Of a stretch of 64,000 bases of DNA, positions 52,788 through 64,000 are shown piece after piece (the stretch's first letter is position 1; each line of letters begins with the position of its first letter). Where the stretch lies: contig OZ251224.1 of assembly GCA_965240325.2 (NCBI GenBank), positions 1,922,001 to 1,986,000 on the forward strand, in the 5' to 3' direction. Made by a program: the position numbers and the translations under genes. The notes under the pieces are model-generated. The model did no database searches. It saw only the letters and a program-made list of their open reading frames with translations, and had not been told where the DNA came from. This DNA comes from Rebecca billardiae RCC1528 (lineage: Eukaryota; Protista; Haptophyta).

Positions 52788-54158
52788 ATGGCGCCGGATC
52801 GCGCGAGGGGATGGCTGGGTCCACTGCTCATGGCTGCTCTCCCCGCGGGATGGCCGTGCGTGCGCGGGACGCAGACCCGTGTCTGCGGCACGCGGCCAGC
52901 AGGCGAGTACCCTGACGGCTCGCTCGTCTTCGTCGACGTGCCCACGTACTTCATCAACCTGGACGCCCAGGTGAGCAAGGCGCAGGCGATGGTGGACATG
53001 CTGCGCGGGGTGCTGGTCTCGGGTAGCTGCGCGACGCGCGTGTCTGCGGTGACGATTGCTGAGTCGGCGAGCGTGCTGCAAGGGGGCGTGCTCCACGATG
53101 GCCGCGCCTGGACCTTCGACTGGGCGAACGCGAACTTCTCGACGCCGGTGCAGATTGCGATTCAGCTCTCGCACATCAAGGCGATCTACATCGCGCGCCG
53201 CGAGAACCCGACAGCGCGCGCCTTCCTGATCCTGGAGGACGACGTCGACTTCTCGCCTATCATGCGCTTCCACGGCACGCGGCCCAACTGGCCAGCCGCG
53301 TCCACCACTTCGCTCGCAGGCATCGCGGCGCGGCTGCCCGACCACTGGTCGATGCTGCTGCTGATGATCCACGCCACGCGCTCGCACCTCATCTACGCGA
53401 CGATCGCGTGGCTCCGGAACGAGAAGGCGGCGGCGTTCTCGATCCGTGACCTGGTGCGGTACCGGGGGGAGAACAACACACCGTGCCTCGGCATGATCTC
53501 CTCGGCGGGCGCGTACCTCGTCTCGCCGAAGGGTGCTGACGAGGTGCAGTCGTGGTGGCCGGTGACCTATCTGCGACCGGAAGGGAACGCCGGGCTGCGC
53601 GTCTCGGTGCAACGGACGTGCTGGCACCCGATGTGGCGGTGGAAGGAATGCAAGTCGCGGCAGAAGAAGCCGCTCGACGAGCCCATCTTCATCGACGACT
53701 GGTGCATGCTCAACCAGGAGGCGTACGGGCCGCTGCAGACGCGCGCGGAGGCCGAGCGCGTGCGCGCGGACCCGGCCGCGCTTGAGAGCGCGCTCCGGGC
53801 GCACCACGCGAGCCCGTTTCGATTGTACCTGGCGACGCCGCCGCTGATCACGGATCGGAAGACGAGCAAGTCGGACATGGCGCACGGCTTGAATGCGCAC
53901 TTCCACGCGCGCTCGCGCGCTGCCACCTGGGCCTGGTGGAGGTCAGGCATGCCGGAGCACGAGGCAGTCATCGAGCGAGCAGAGGTGGACGGGGTGGTGA
54001 CCGCCGATCTGGCCGTGCTCCGCCTCGCACTGGGCGGATACAACGCGACGAAGGAGATGGAGCGCGACGTGCGCATTCGCGAACTTCGACGCAAGCATCG
54101 TCTGGAAGGCATCTTGAAGAGGCAACGACAAGCGCTCAAAGCAGCGCAGGCTGCATAG
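52788..54158 (+). CDS. Glycosyltransferase family 25-like protein
   Basis: YFINLD, RVSAV, LSHIKAI, LILEDD, AGAYLVSPKGA, IDDW. Confidence 0.78.
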   Translation: MAPDRARGWLGPLLMAALPAGWPCVRGTQTRVCGTRPAGEYPDGSLVFVDVPTYFINLDAQVSKAQAMVDMLRGVLVSGSCATRVSAVTIAESASVLQGGVLHDGRAWTFDWANANFSTPVQIAIQLSHIKAIYIARRENPTARAFLILEDDVDFSPIMRFHGTRPNWPAASTTSLAGIAARLPDHWSMLLLMIHATRSHLIYATIAWLRNEKAAAFSIRDLVRYRGENNTPCLGMISSAGAYLVSPKGADEVQSWWPVTYLRPEGNAGLRVSVQRTCWHPMWRWKECKSRQKKPLDEPIFIDDWCMLNQEAYGPLQTRAEAERVRADPAALESALRAHHASPFRLYLATPPLITDRKTSKSDMAHGLNAHFHARSRAATWAWWRSGMPEHEAVIERAEVDGVVTADLAVLRLALGGYNATKEMERDVRIRELRRKHRLEGILKRQRQALKAAQAA

Positions 54159-54306
54159 TGCAGCTGGGCCGGAGCGGCGGAGCCGCACCGCACGGCAGAC
54201 GGCAAGAGCCTGGTACCGCGGTAGTGGACACTCACCCAGTTTGTGCGGTTTCTGCTTTCTGACGAATTCTGACGACATAAATATTATTCGCGCCGAGCCG
54301 CGATCG

Positions 54307-54840
54307 ATGGCGGACAGCTTCCCTTCATCACGAGGGAGGGATGGTGGCGGGAGAGACGGTGGGAGCGGTCGCGGCGGCCGCGGCGCTGGCGGTCGTGGTG
54401 GGGGTGGAGGTGGAGGTCGGCACGCGGTGCATTTTGTTAAGCATACTCCCAAATTCGCTCTGGACATGATGAGAAGAGAGGCGCCAACGCCCGAACGGGC
54501 GCGTGAGCGCGAAATCGAGGACCGGCCTGATCGTGAGGACGAGGCTCCCATCGTTGTTTCAGAGGACGACGCCCTCATTTCAAAAAAGCGAAAAGCAGCC
54601 GCCGCCAAGCTGGAGTCGGTCTCCCCCGAAGTGCCCGAAGACCGCTTTCGTGAACGACCCCGTGCTGTGGCCGTTGGCCTTTCCGCCGCACCTGCGTCGG
54701 ATGAGCCGGAGGCAGATCAAGGCGGGCGGATTGTGTTCAACAAGCAGGCCAAGGGCGTGCGCCGCACCGCCAAGTCTTCTGGAGGGCCACGAGCGGCCAA
54801 GCTGACGAACCAGAAGCTCCTCAGCTTTGATGACGAATGA
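54307..54840 (+). CDS. KIAA1143/DUF4604-like protein
   Basis: FVKHTPKF, EDRPDREDEAPIVV, terminal KLLSFDDE. Confidence 0.7.
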   Translation: MADSFPSSRGRDGGGRDGGSGRGGRGAGGRGGGGGGGRHAVHFVKHTPKFALDMMRREAPTPERAREREIEDRPDREDEAPIVVSEDDALISKKRKAAAAKLESVSPEVPEDRFRERPRAVAVGLSAAPASDEPEADQGGRIVFNKQAKGVRRTAKSSGGPRAAKLTNQKLLSFDDE

Positions 54841-55064
54841 GTCTTCGCAGCCTAAGGAGTAAGGATACGGCGGGCGGACACGGCGAGCACGGGCCCACGG
54901 CGGACCGCGAATCATCGGCCGGGACCCATTTGACGCGGCGGCGTGTCACTCAGTCGGACAGGCTGGCAGAGTAGCCGTACTGACTACTGAGCAGAATCAA
55001 GCGCCTCAGGCCGCAGTCGTACTGATGATACTACGATTACCGATATATATATATATATATATAT

Positions 55065-56808
55065 GTGGGGTTATTGGTACAATAACTGATTGTCTAAGAG
55101 GACGACAAGAACGCCGGGCGCCAGCGCCGCTCATCAGCCACATCGCCCTCTACCAGACCATCGCCTCAAAGGGCGCTGCTCCCGGACAAACAGTCTGTCC
55201 GGGTTGTTCTGCCGCCCAGGAGATCGATTTCCGGCGCCGGCCTCTGCCGCCTGCTTCGCCAGGCGCGGCGTGCGAGATGGCTCCAGCCAAGCTCGTCCTG
55301 CGTCGCCGGCGGCGGCGGCTCGCACGCGGGTGGCGCGTCGCGTGCACCGACCAACATCTTTCGGCAACTCGGCGGTAAGCAACGCTCCGCATCGCGCCCC
55401 CTCGCGCTTCGGGCCACCGCCTCTTCTCTCTCTGTGTGCGTGCGCACCCTGTGGCTCTTCCGCACCCGCCCCGATCGCACCGTTCCCTCTTCGCCACATG
55501 CCTCCTCCTCCGTGGGTGCGCCCCCACGCGGATCGCTGCTCCATCTCTCCCGCCCTGCCTCGGGATCGCCCCGGTGCCAACGCCAGCCGGCTCCTACACA
55601 AGGACCGCTGGCGGCACACCGCGCGCCGGGCCCCGTGCGCACCCGCGGGCCATTCACAGCATCCGCAAAGGCCGTCTAGCCTTCTCCTGCTTCCGCAGCG
55701 CCGCGCCTCGGGGCCGGCTGCCTGCTATCTCTCCTATTCGGGTTCCGTCTCACTCGCACTGCCCCACCTGCCCAGCCCCCGCTGGCCGGCCCTCGTGCGT
55801 GCGCGACTCACACGTGCCTTGCCCCCTTTCCTTCCCATCACTCAATGGGATTCTCCTCCACGCGGTGCTCCCCAACACACCATGAAACGGGATCACTCAC
55901 GCACCGCGTCTCGTCGACGGCGAGCGGCATGCCCACCGCATCTGCTGCCGCTCGCCAAGGCATGAGGACACGTAAATCCCACTGAGTAGGAACACACGCA
56001 GCCGCCTCGGCATCGACATGCCAGGCGGCGTGCCCACCTTCGGCCAGCAGTTGGCGTCGGCGTTCACGAGGACGGCTAGACGTGGGGTTATTGGTACAAT
56101 AACTGATTGTCTAAGAGGACGACAAGAACGCCGGGCGCCAGCGCCGCTCATCAGCCACATCGCCCTCTACCAGACCATCGCCTCAAAGGGCGCTGCTCCC
56201 GGACAAACAGTCTGTCCGGGTTGTTCTGCCGCCCAGGAGATCGATTTCCGGCGCCGGCCTCTGCCGCCTGCTTCGCCAGGCGCGGCGTGCGAGATGGCTC
56301 CAGCCAAGCTCGTCCTGCGTCGCCGGCGGCGGCGGCTCGCACGCGGGTGGCGCGTCGCGTGCACCGACCAACATCTTTCGGCAACCCGCCCACCCAGGGC
56401 CCGTTGGTCTGGTGCTCGGGCGGCGGGATCACAACACCCGCCGTCCGACCGCCCGGTCTTGCGGCGCTGCACTTAGGGCTCATGTGACCCCCTGCCTCCC
56501 AACACGATTGGGTTTTTCAGGTTAGGTCCCCAGCAGTGCTGCTCCCGGGCGGTCAGGTGGAGGTTCAGTCGACGAGTCCGCAGGCGCTCAGCCTTCCGTC
56601 AGCGGACGTCCGCGCGGGATCACTCACGCACCGCGTCTCGTCGACGGCGAGCGGCATGCCCACCGCATCTGCTGCCGCTCGCCAAGGCATGAGGACACGT
56701 AAATCCCACTGAGTAGGAACACACGCAGCCGCCTCGGCATCGACATGCCAGGCGGCGTGCCCACCTTCGGCCAGCAGTTGGCGTCGGCGTTCACGAGGAC
56801 GGCTAGAC
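55065..56808 (+). mobile_element. Non-coding split-direct-repeat element (A1-x-B1A2-y-B2), PAT/Ngaro-like tyrosine-recombinase retrotransposon derivative
   Basis: A = 304 bp at 55065-55368 and 56082-56385; B = 194 bp at 55888-56081 and 56615-56808; B1 abuts A2; sits next to a (TA)n tract; no TSD seen. Confidence 0.75.
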
Positions 56809-57506
56809 ACATACTTATCAGTAGTATATATATATTATTGATATATATATAGTTATTAGACGTATTAGCAGAGCAGTCAATTATGGAATTTATTTATTCC
56901 GCCATCACGCATATTTTGAATATTTCTTATTATTATTTAATGAATAATGGCTGACTTACTGTGATGACTGATCTGATGACAATTATCTCAGACTCAGTCT
57001 CACCGCGCATCTGCCATTCTGCGGCGGCGGACTTCTAATTCTTCCCGGACGATTGGCACTGGCAGTCATTCACTCATTGGCACTCACTCCGAATCCGGCG
57101 TCAAAGAGGCAGAGTGTCAATATGTCTAAAGTTCTGTAAGCAGCGTCGGCGTAGTCCGTGAAGTGATCAGGCTGCGCCCTCGGACTGGACTCGGTCTCGC
57201 AGCCGTCGCAGCGTGATCACGACGTCTCGTCGCTGGCCAGATCCTTCATTCATCAAGGTTGAGGCCACGAGCCCGATTGGATGCCGCAGATGCTGCTGAT
57301 TCGACAACAGGATGCCGGTGTGACAGCGCACTCACTTCCTGCGGGGCATTCGGGACGGATTAGGAAGCCCACCGCAGACCATCAGTCGATGGACGACGGG
57401 AGTTCTGGCTCCATCGGACGGCCCTTCATGGCTCGAGGTATCAGATGCCAATTCGAAAACAATCCGTGCAGGTCTCTCGTAAGGAAATCGCAGAGACGCT
57501 TTCGAC

Positions 57507-58037
57507 TCATGTCGACACGCCGAACTTGCTGAAGTCCTTGAGCACGATACCCAGCTCCACTCGAACCTCGCCAGAGGCTACTGTCGTGAGCCGATACCGG
57601 TCGCGTGCGTCGCCCACCAGCTGCTTGTGCTTGAGCTGTGGGTAGCCGCCGAGGAAGAAGGCGCTGAACTGCTGGCGCAACGTGCCGATCGGTCGCCAAG
57701 TGGCGATGCTCAGCGAGTGTGTGCCAGCAGTGGTGGGGATGTAGCACATTCCGTAGCCAGAGAGATCTGCACGCCCATACATGTCCATGTGCCACACCTC
57801 GATCACGAGCTTTGGCCAGCCCTGCGCTGCCCGCGTCGAGTAGTGCACGTCGATTGGATGCTGCCAGACGGCCACCTCGCCATCGGCAGGGTAGTCCACC
57901 TGCGTCTGTCCCTGCGCGAGGCCTTCGATGCGCTCCCAGTCCTTCCCAGCCTCGATGGACCACTTGCAAAACACGTTTGGCGACGTGTCGAAGCCCGACG
58001 CCTCGACGAGCTGTCCAACGATGTGCAGCTCCGCCAT
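57507..58037 (-). CDS. B9D2: B9 domain-containing protein 2 (ciliary transition zone)
   Basis: MAELHIVGQLVEASGF...FCKW...GQTQVD...WQHPIDVHY....QGWPKL...FFLGGYPQL...FSKFGV. Confidence 0.93.
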   Translation of the reverse strand: MAELHIVGQLVEASGFDTSPNVFCKWSIEAGKDWERIEGLAQGQTQVDYPADGEVAVWQHPIDVHYSTRAAQGWPKLVIEVWHMDMYGRADLSGYGMCYIPTTAGTHSLSIATWRPIGTLRQQFSAFFLGGYPQLKHKQLVGDARDRYRLTTVASGEVRVELGIVLKDFSKFGVST

Positions 58038-58279
58038 TGTCAACCGTCGTCGGCGGCGTAGCTCTTCACCCGTCGAAAAAGGCGGCAGCCGGCAGGAGCA
58101 GGAGCGCAGGACTCCAAAGCGCCGCCGCCGCTGGGCGGTCGGAGTGGCGGACATGCTTCTTTGAGTCCGCTTTTTCGAGCGGAGTGGCTTTTTGATGCCG
58201 CCTTCTCCGTGCCACTCTCGAGTGGAGAGTGGCGCGCACGTGCATCCATCCGTCGACACGATCGGCGCAGTGACCTCCC

Positions 58280-58731
58280 ATGGACGTCGAGGGCGAGGCC
58301 GCTTCACCCGCCAGCGAGCCGACCGTCGCTGTGGAGAAGGATGGTGACTCGTCGAGTGCGACCTTCACACTCACACACGAGGACCACACACTAGGCAACG
58401 CTGTGCGTTACATCCTTGCAAAAGAGTGCGCGCTCGCGTGCATGCTCTGCAGCAAATCGTGTCATCACGCTCATGAGTGAGCTTGTTGTCTGCGCGTGCC
58501 CACTCCCTTTCGCGCTGCAGTCCTCGCGTCTCGTTCGCAGGTTACAGTGTTCCACACCCGTCTGAGCCGAAAATGAACGTGCGCGTGCAGACGACGGGCG
58601 TGGACGCATCCGTGGCATTCATGGACGCGCTCGAGACGCTCTACAAGATGAGCGAGATCGTCGACGACTCCTTTCGGGACGCAGTCGCACGACACCCGTC
58701 ACACGCTGAGACGAGGGCTCCGCATCGATAG
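58280..58731 (+). CDS. POLR1D: RNA polymerase I/III subunit AC19 (RPAC2); intron 58426-58520
   Basis: ATFTLTHEDHTLGNAVRYIL joins FAGYSVPHPSEPKMNVRVQT across a GT-AG intron. Confidence 0.9.
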
Positions 58732-59887
58732 TTGCCAGAGCCCTCAGTGCATCGATCTCGTCGTGCCATTCCGGCATCTGATCCGGAGTCAAGCCTTTGG
58801 CGTCGCCTGACCGGGCGGCAGATGCGCTGCGAGTGGATTGTAACTTATTGACTTTTTTCAGTCTGGTCTGCCGTGCCGCCATCCGAGGAGCGCGCTGCGG
58901 CGAGGTGGTAGTGACGTCACTACCTGCAGACCGCGCCTTGATCGCGGTCATCAGATACCCCCTGCCCCTGGCCTGGGGGCGGGGCGCGGCCCGCGCGCTC
59001 CATGCCCACTTGAATAAAGCCCGATGACTATCCGTGGCCATGGCACTGCCACTTGGCAGCCGCTAGCTACTCAGCCCACAGAGTACAGTAGCCTGTAGCG
59101 CTATTCGGTAGCCGTGTAGCGGTGTAGGCGCCACATCACTCGCGTCAATAGTTATACGACCCTCATCCAGGCCTCGCAGGCGGACAGCGCGGGACGGCTG
59201 AACGAATCGTCTTCCGACGTGACGGCGCTACCATGATCGGCGACGGCTTCATGAATCATGGGCGGTGACAGTTGGCGGGCGTCAATCTCACCTGCGTGAG
59301 CTGTGACTGTACTAATTCTATGGTTTTTTTAAAAGACACAGGCACGAGGGCGCAGCTCTCCTGATTCGTCTGCTGTCGAAGTACTGAATGGAGACGGTGA
59401 CGGAGGATGTCGGAGCGCGTTGGCCGCGGGTGAGGGAGTCGTCGTCGCCGATGCTGATCACACGGAGGTAGTAGGCGCCCAGGGATGCCGCTGTATTTGC
59501 AGGCGTCGCCGGCCTTGGTCATCATGTTAAACTAGACCAAGGGCCCGGCCTAGGTCATCATGTTAAACTAGGCCCTGGCCGGTAGGCGCCCGCGGATGCC
59601 GCTGTATTTGCAGTCGTCCCGCCCTGGCCGGTGTGCGCGGCCTTGGTCTTGCCGAGTTGAAGGAGGAGTCGCCCTTGCCGTTGAGGAAGTAGGCGCCCTT
59701 GCCGCTGAGGAAGTCGTCGCCCTGGCCGCTGAGGACGCCTGCGCTGCCCGACCGGGCACTGTCTGTTAGGTAGTGTGTCTCTTATTCTTAGTACAGTAGT
59801 AGTAGTAGTAACTGTACCCCGAAAATACTTGGTCCGAACAATGGCGACTGGCGGCGCCGATCATCACGCTTTGCACGCGGTCGAAGC

Positions 59888-61402
59888 ATGTACTGCCACC
59901 GCGTGCCCGAATTCCCGCTTGACACCAAGGGCGAGCTGTACCGTACGCTTGCCACCCGCCTGACCGACTCGAAAGCACTCTCCCTCGGCGAGGTCCACGA
60001 CCTCTTCTCCATCCTGACCTCACTCCGGCGCGACCTGCACGCGCACCCAGAGCCTGGGTTTGAAGAGAAGCGCACGCACGCGAGTCTGCGCTGTGCGCTC
60101 ACCGAGCTCGCGGGAGTGGCGGATGGTGCCATCTGCACGTGCGCAGGCACCGGTCTCGTCGTCGACATCCAAGGCCGGGGGCCGGCGCGCGGAGGCGGCG
60201 GCATCAAGACTGTCGCCCTGCGTGCGGACATGGATGCGTTGCGCATGACTGAGACGAACACGAGCCTCCCGTACCGTTCGACGCACGCCGGCGTGGCGCA
60301 CCTGTGTGGGCACGACGGGCACATGGCCAGCCTCATCGGTGCCGCTGTGCTCTTCCAGCGCAAGGCGGCGGACATCCCGTCGGACATGACCATCCGCCTC
60401 CTCTTCCAGCCCGCCGAGGAGGGGCCGGGCGGCGCGCTGCCGATGATCGCCGAGGGGGCAATGGACGGCGTGGACGAGGTGTACGGGTACCACAACTGGC
60501 CGTCGGTACCGCTCGGTCACATGTGGGTCCGCGCAGGCCCGGTGCTGGCCCACCCGTCCGAGTTCACCATCACCATCAAAGGCAGGGGCGGCCATGGCTC
60601 GCAGCCCCAAGTCGCGGTCGACCCTGTGCTGGTGGCCGCACACGTCATCATCGCTCTGCAGTCCATCGCGAGCCGGAGCGTCCACCCGCGCGAGCAGGCA
60701 GTCGTGAGCGTCACCACGGTGCACGGCGGCGAGGTGGCCAACGTGATCCCCGACCAGGTCACGCTGACCGGCACGACGCGCGATCTCAACCCCGAGGTGT
60801 ACAAGCTGATCGAGTCTCGGATGCGCACCATCGTGCACTCGACGTGCGAGGCGTACGGCGCGTCGGCCGAGGTCGACCTCGAGGCGCAGTACGCCGTCGT
60901 CGACAACCACGCCGAGCAGGCCCAGGTGGTGCGCGCGCTCGGCGAGAAGCTCCTCGGGCCGGACAAGGTGAGCGAGGGCGAGCTGCCCATCCTCATCAGC
61001 GAGGACTTCTCGTACTTCATGCACGAGGCGCCGGGCGCCTTCTTCATGATGGGCGGCAAGGAGGCGCAGGTGCGCGGGCTGGGTGCGTATGACGGCTCGG
61101 ACAAGCCGGCCCAGCGCTCCAACTGCATGTGCCACAATACGGCCTTTGACTTCAACGACAACCTGATCCCGTTTGCCGTCTGCTTCTGGATTCGGCTCAT
61201 CGAGAACCGCCTTGGAGTCGCCCTCTACACCGAGGACGAGCTGCCGATGGGCTTCGGCGCAGAGCCGCAGCCGACGGCATCCGCCGACGTCGCCAATCCG
61301 ATCGCCGTCGCCGGTACTACGGGCGTCGCGGCGGCAGGCAGCAGCGGCAGCGGCAACAAGCGCGCGCGCGACGGCGCACGGCATGTCCGAGCAGAGTTGT
61401 AG
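59888..61402 (+). CDS. M20D-family amidohydrolase (hippuricase / IAA-amino acid hydrolase-like)
   Basis: RRDLHAHPEPGFEE, ALRADMDAL, HLCGHDGH, FQPAEEG, GRGGHGS.P, NVIPD, SEDFSYF, HNTAFDFN. Confidence 0.92.
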   Translation: MYCHRVPEFPLDTKGELYRTLATRLTDSKALSLGEVHDLFSILTSLRRDLHAHPEPGFEEKRTHASLRCALTELAGVADGAICTCAGTGLVVDIQGRGPARGGGGIKTVALRADMDALRMTETNTSLPYRSTHAGVAHLCGHDGHMASLIGAAVLFQRKAADIPSDMTIRLLFQPAEEGPGGALPMIAEGAMDGVDEVYGYHNWPSVPLGHMWVRAGPVLAHPSEFTITIKGRGGHGSQPQVAVDPVLVAAHVIIALQSIASRSVHPREQAVVSVTTVHGGEVANVIPDQVTLTGTTRDLNPEVYKLIESRMRTIVHSTCEAYGASAEVDLEAQYAVVDNHAEQAQVVRALGEKLLGPDKVSEGELPILISEDFSYFMHEAPGAFFMMGGKEAQVRGLGAYDGSDKPAQRSNCMCHNTAFDFNDNLIPFAVCFWIRLIENRLGVALYTEDELPMGFGAEPQPTASADVANPIAVAGTTGVAAAGSSGSGNKRARDGARHVRAEL

Positions 61403-61633
61403 CACTCAGTCTCACTTGTTCATCGATTATTATTTATGGCGGGCCGTTTGTAGCTATCGGCTACTGCGCTACTAGTAACAGTACTGGTACTCCGTACTGC
61501 GGAGTGAGCGGTGCCCGTGCCGCCTGCGGTGCCCATGATAAATGACGCGACCAGAATCATCGCGGCTTATTATTAATATTATATACACGCCGGTCTGTGC
61601 GGCCGAGTGGCGGAGTACTGGCAGACTATGGCT

Positions 61634-61790
61634 ACTGGCGTGCTCTTGCGTCTGAGGTCATGGACATGGGTTCAAACCGCCAGTTTCCAGGTCTCTCTTC
61701 GGATGAGAGCGTGCGATGAAGCCGATGGCGCGGCAACCTGCCACCGTGGGCGTGAGCCTTACGCACGTTACTAAAACAAAAAAAACTGTA
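61634..61790 (+). mobile_element. tRNA-related SINE-like repeat, copy 2
   Basis: Colinear with 52324-52456 apart from several small (mostly 3-6 bp) insertions. Confidence 0.6.
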
Positions 61791-62844
61791 ACGTCGTATA
61801 GTCGATCGATCGTACTATATGGCGGGCCGTAGGTCCGCCCCTTGTAGTGCCCGGGAAAATATAAGAAAAAGAAAAGAAAAGAAGAAAATCGTCTCGCCAA
61901 GAAAAGAAAATCGCCTCGCTCACTGCCGGGTCGCTTCGCTCACTACCGGGCGCCCTCGCAGCTCCCAATGGGGACGCTCGGCCGAAAACCATCTGGCGCC
62001 TGGCGCGGAGCGCGTGGGCCGCGCGCGCCAAATCCAACGCCGGCGCGGACATCGCGCGAGGATTCCCTAGACGGGTTTTCGCCCGATTCGCGATTGCTGC
62101 CCTCGTCGTCTCGCGTGCAGGTCGAACGGGGGCTAAATCGACGCGTTTGGAGCGGTACGCTCGGCGCGTCGACACGATCGTGCGACCTGGGGCGATCCTC
62201 GCCCGACGTGCACGTCGAAAGCTCGCACCGGCCATAGTATCAAGCGCTGCGCACGATGACCGCCTCGCGCGATCCACCGTCGCGCGTCGGGCTCGGTGCG
62301 AGAAAGCCCTCATCACGAGGCGTCTCGCGGGCGGGAAGCGCCATCGCACGCGACGCAAGATTTGGCGCGGCCTGCTGAACTCGATCGCCGGAATCCGCGC
62401 ACCGGACTCAGTCATTGCTCGCGGTCCGGTCCCTCAGCCGAAGCCCACGTCCGGCCTGCATGGCGTCGACGGTGACCAATGCGACGGAAGCGCAGCGCCA
62501 ACGGCGTACGACGCGCAGCGGACGCACCTCCCGGGTCTGTCGCCGTGGCAGCAACCGCGTCATCGCGAGTTGGCGACCCTCGCCGCAGCGCGACACAGAC
62601 AAGCCCGTGATGCCATCCGCAGAGAGATGAAACGTCGAGCATGCAACATCGCCGCGCCATGGCCTCGTCCATGGCGCAGGCGCTGCGGGACGAGGCGGAA
62701 GTCGTCACGCCGGTGACGGATGCGCTGCGATTCGTGTGCTCGCGTGAGCAGCGCTTGCCCACTCTCGATCGCGAGTGGCACACGCTGTCGCTGTGCGCGC
62801 GCGCGCGCACAACCAACAGCTCCTCGTGCCGCCGAGCACGCGAG

Positions 62845-63300
62845 CGCCAGACCTGTCGAAGATGCGAAGAGCGACGACCGCGTGAACGTCAACGCGCTCG
62901 TGCTCAGCGTGGTGGCCGTGTACGACGTCAACGCGACCTGCGCCGAGCCCATCATGCCTGGAGCCGACATCGACAAGCATCCTCGCGACGACCGCTCTCG
63001 GCTGGCGGCAGGAGGACATGCACATGATCTACTCTGGCGGCTTCGTCGGCGGCGAGGCGCTCGATTACGCCATCGCGGTCGAGATGCGGCACATACAGCG
63101 CGTACCCGCGCTCGCGCGGAGCAACGGGCTACCCGCCCCGCCCCGCGTGCTGCACATTCCCTCGTGGGTGTGGGCCTCGCTGATGCGCATACAATACTCT
63201 AAGAGTACAGACCGTGCCAAACGTGTGTACATCACGTCGGGGAGCCAACTTCACGTGTCACTGGTCCTTGCACTCGACTGTCCGTCACCCACGGCCACGA
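62845..63300 (+). pseudogene. Frameshifted coding remnant, possibly a Ulp1-like protease fragment of a transposon
   Basis: Protein-like segments in two frames: ...VLSVVAVYDV... and GEALDYAI...VLHIPSWVW...RVYITSGSQLHVSLV. Confidence 0.25.
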
Positions 63301-64000
63301 GCGAATGTGGAAAGACGCGAACCCGCAAAGGATACATTGCGACAGCACTGGCACGGCCCGCCGACCCCCCCGCCCGCCAGGGCGCACAGTTTTATTACGG
63401 TATAACGTATTAAGTATACGGCCATTCGGCACGGACCGTAATCCGTATGGATCCGAACCGCGCCTGATCGGACTGCAGTACTTAGTGGCCTGTTACACCG
63501 GGAACGACCCGCGGTACTATAGGACCGGTGGCAGCGGTGCGGGCGGTGCTGCTCATCGTCGTCAGAGCTGTAATCGTGCTCGGCCATGACGCTGATGAAC
63601 AGATGAAGCCAGAGTGAAGAGTACTGAGTGAGCAGACTCCAGGACCAGCAGGCAGCAGTGAACACCGCGCCACTGTCACGGAAGGCTCAACTCGTCACAA
63701 TCACCGCCGCTCTCCGCTGCCGCACTCGTCGACGACAGCTCACCGAGCTCATCAGCGAGTCGTCCAGCGCCGACGGCGGGGCGCAGCCGCTGTTCGTGTC
63801 ACTCGTGTCAGATGCCCCGCCTTTGTCGACGCGTGCTGTTTCACCGGCGAATTGGAGTGAGCGCCGCGTTGGCCGCTGCTGCACAAGTCCTGCGCGGCTG
63901 CTCTGCCGGGTGCGCCGCCCAGGGGTCGTCGGCACACTTGCCGGTGTTGCCGGCACGCGCGAACCACGGCTGTGAGAGGTGCGATCCGTACCACTCGGCA

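Noticed and set aside
58619-59041. 140-aa minus-strand ORF
   Set aside because: It overlaps the 3' end of POLR1D and has no recognisable motif, so it cannot be supported without expression data.

Overview
GC-rich eukaryotic genomic DNA. Spliceosomal GT-AG introns and the ciliary gene B9D2 point to a flagellated protist; composition and intron style suggest a haptophyte-type alga, which is inference only. The main feature is an apparently complete ~15.9-kb endogenous Polinton-like virus (PLV) at 5895-21775 with 182-bp terminal inverted repeats (TIRs). It encodes a protein-primed PolB, double-jelly-roll major capsid, penton, A32 packaging ATPase, lipase, Tlr6F-like protein, GIY-YIG-like nuclease and a 3x LamG lectin-type protein, but no recognisable integrase or recombinase. 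It interrupts a host Pro-rich type-I membrane protein gene whose reading frame is restored when the element is removed. Other mobile DNA: two long-TIR foldback elements upstream of that gene; a young Ty1/copia LTR retrotransposon (TG...TA ends, non-canonical PBS, candidate -1 frameshift between protease and integrase); a non-coding split-direct-repeat (PAT/Ngaro-like) element; and two tRNA-like SINE copies. Host genes: CDF metal transporter, DDX27/DRS1, Sec66-CS fusion, EF-hand/Tudor-like/tandem-TIR protein, OGFOD1/Tpa1, SMYD-like SET protein, PPIP5K/VIP1, PH-like protein, STRA6-like membrane protein, GT25 glycosyltransferase, KIAA1143-like protein, B9D2, POLR1D and an M20 amidohydrolase. All family calls come from motif recognition by eye; no searches were run.
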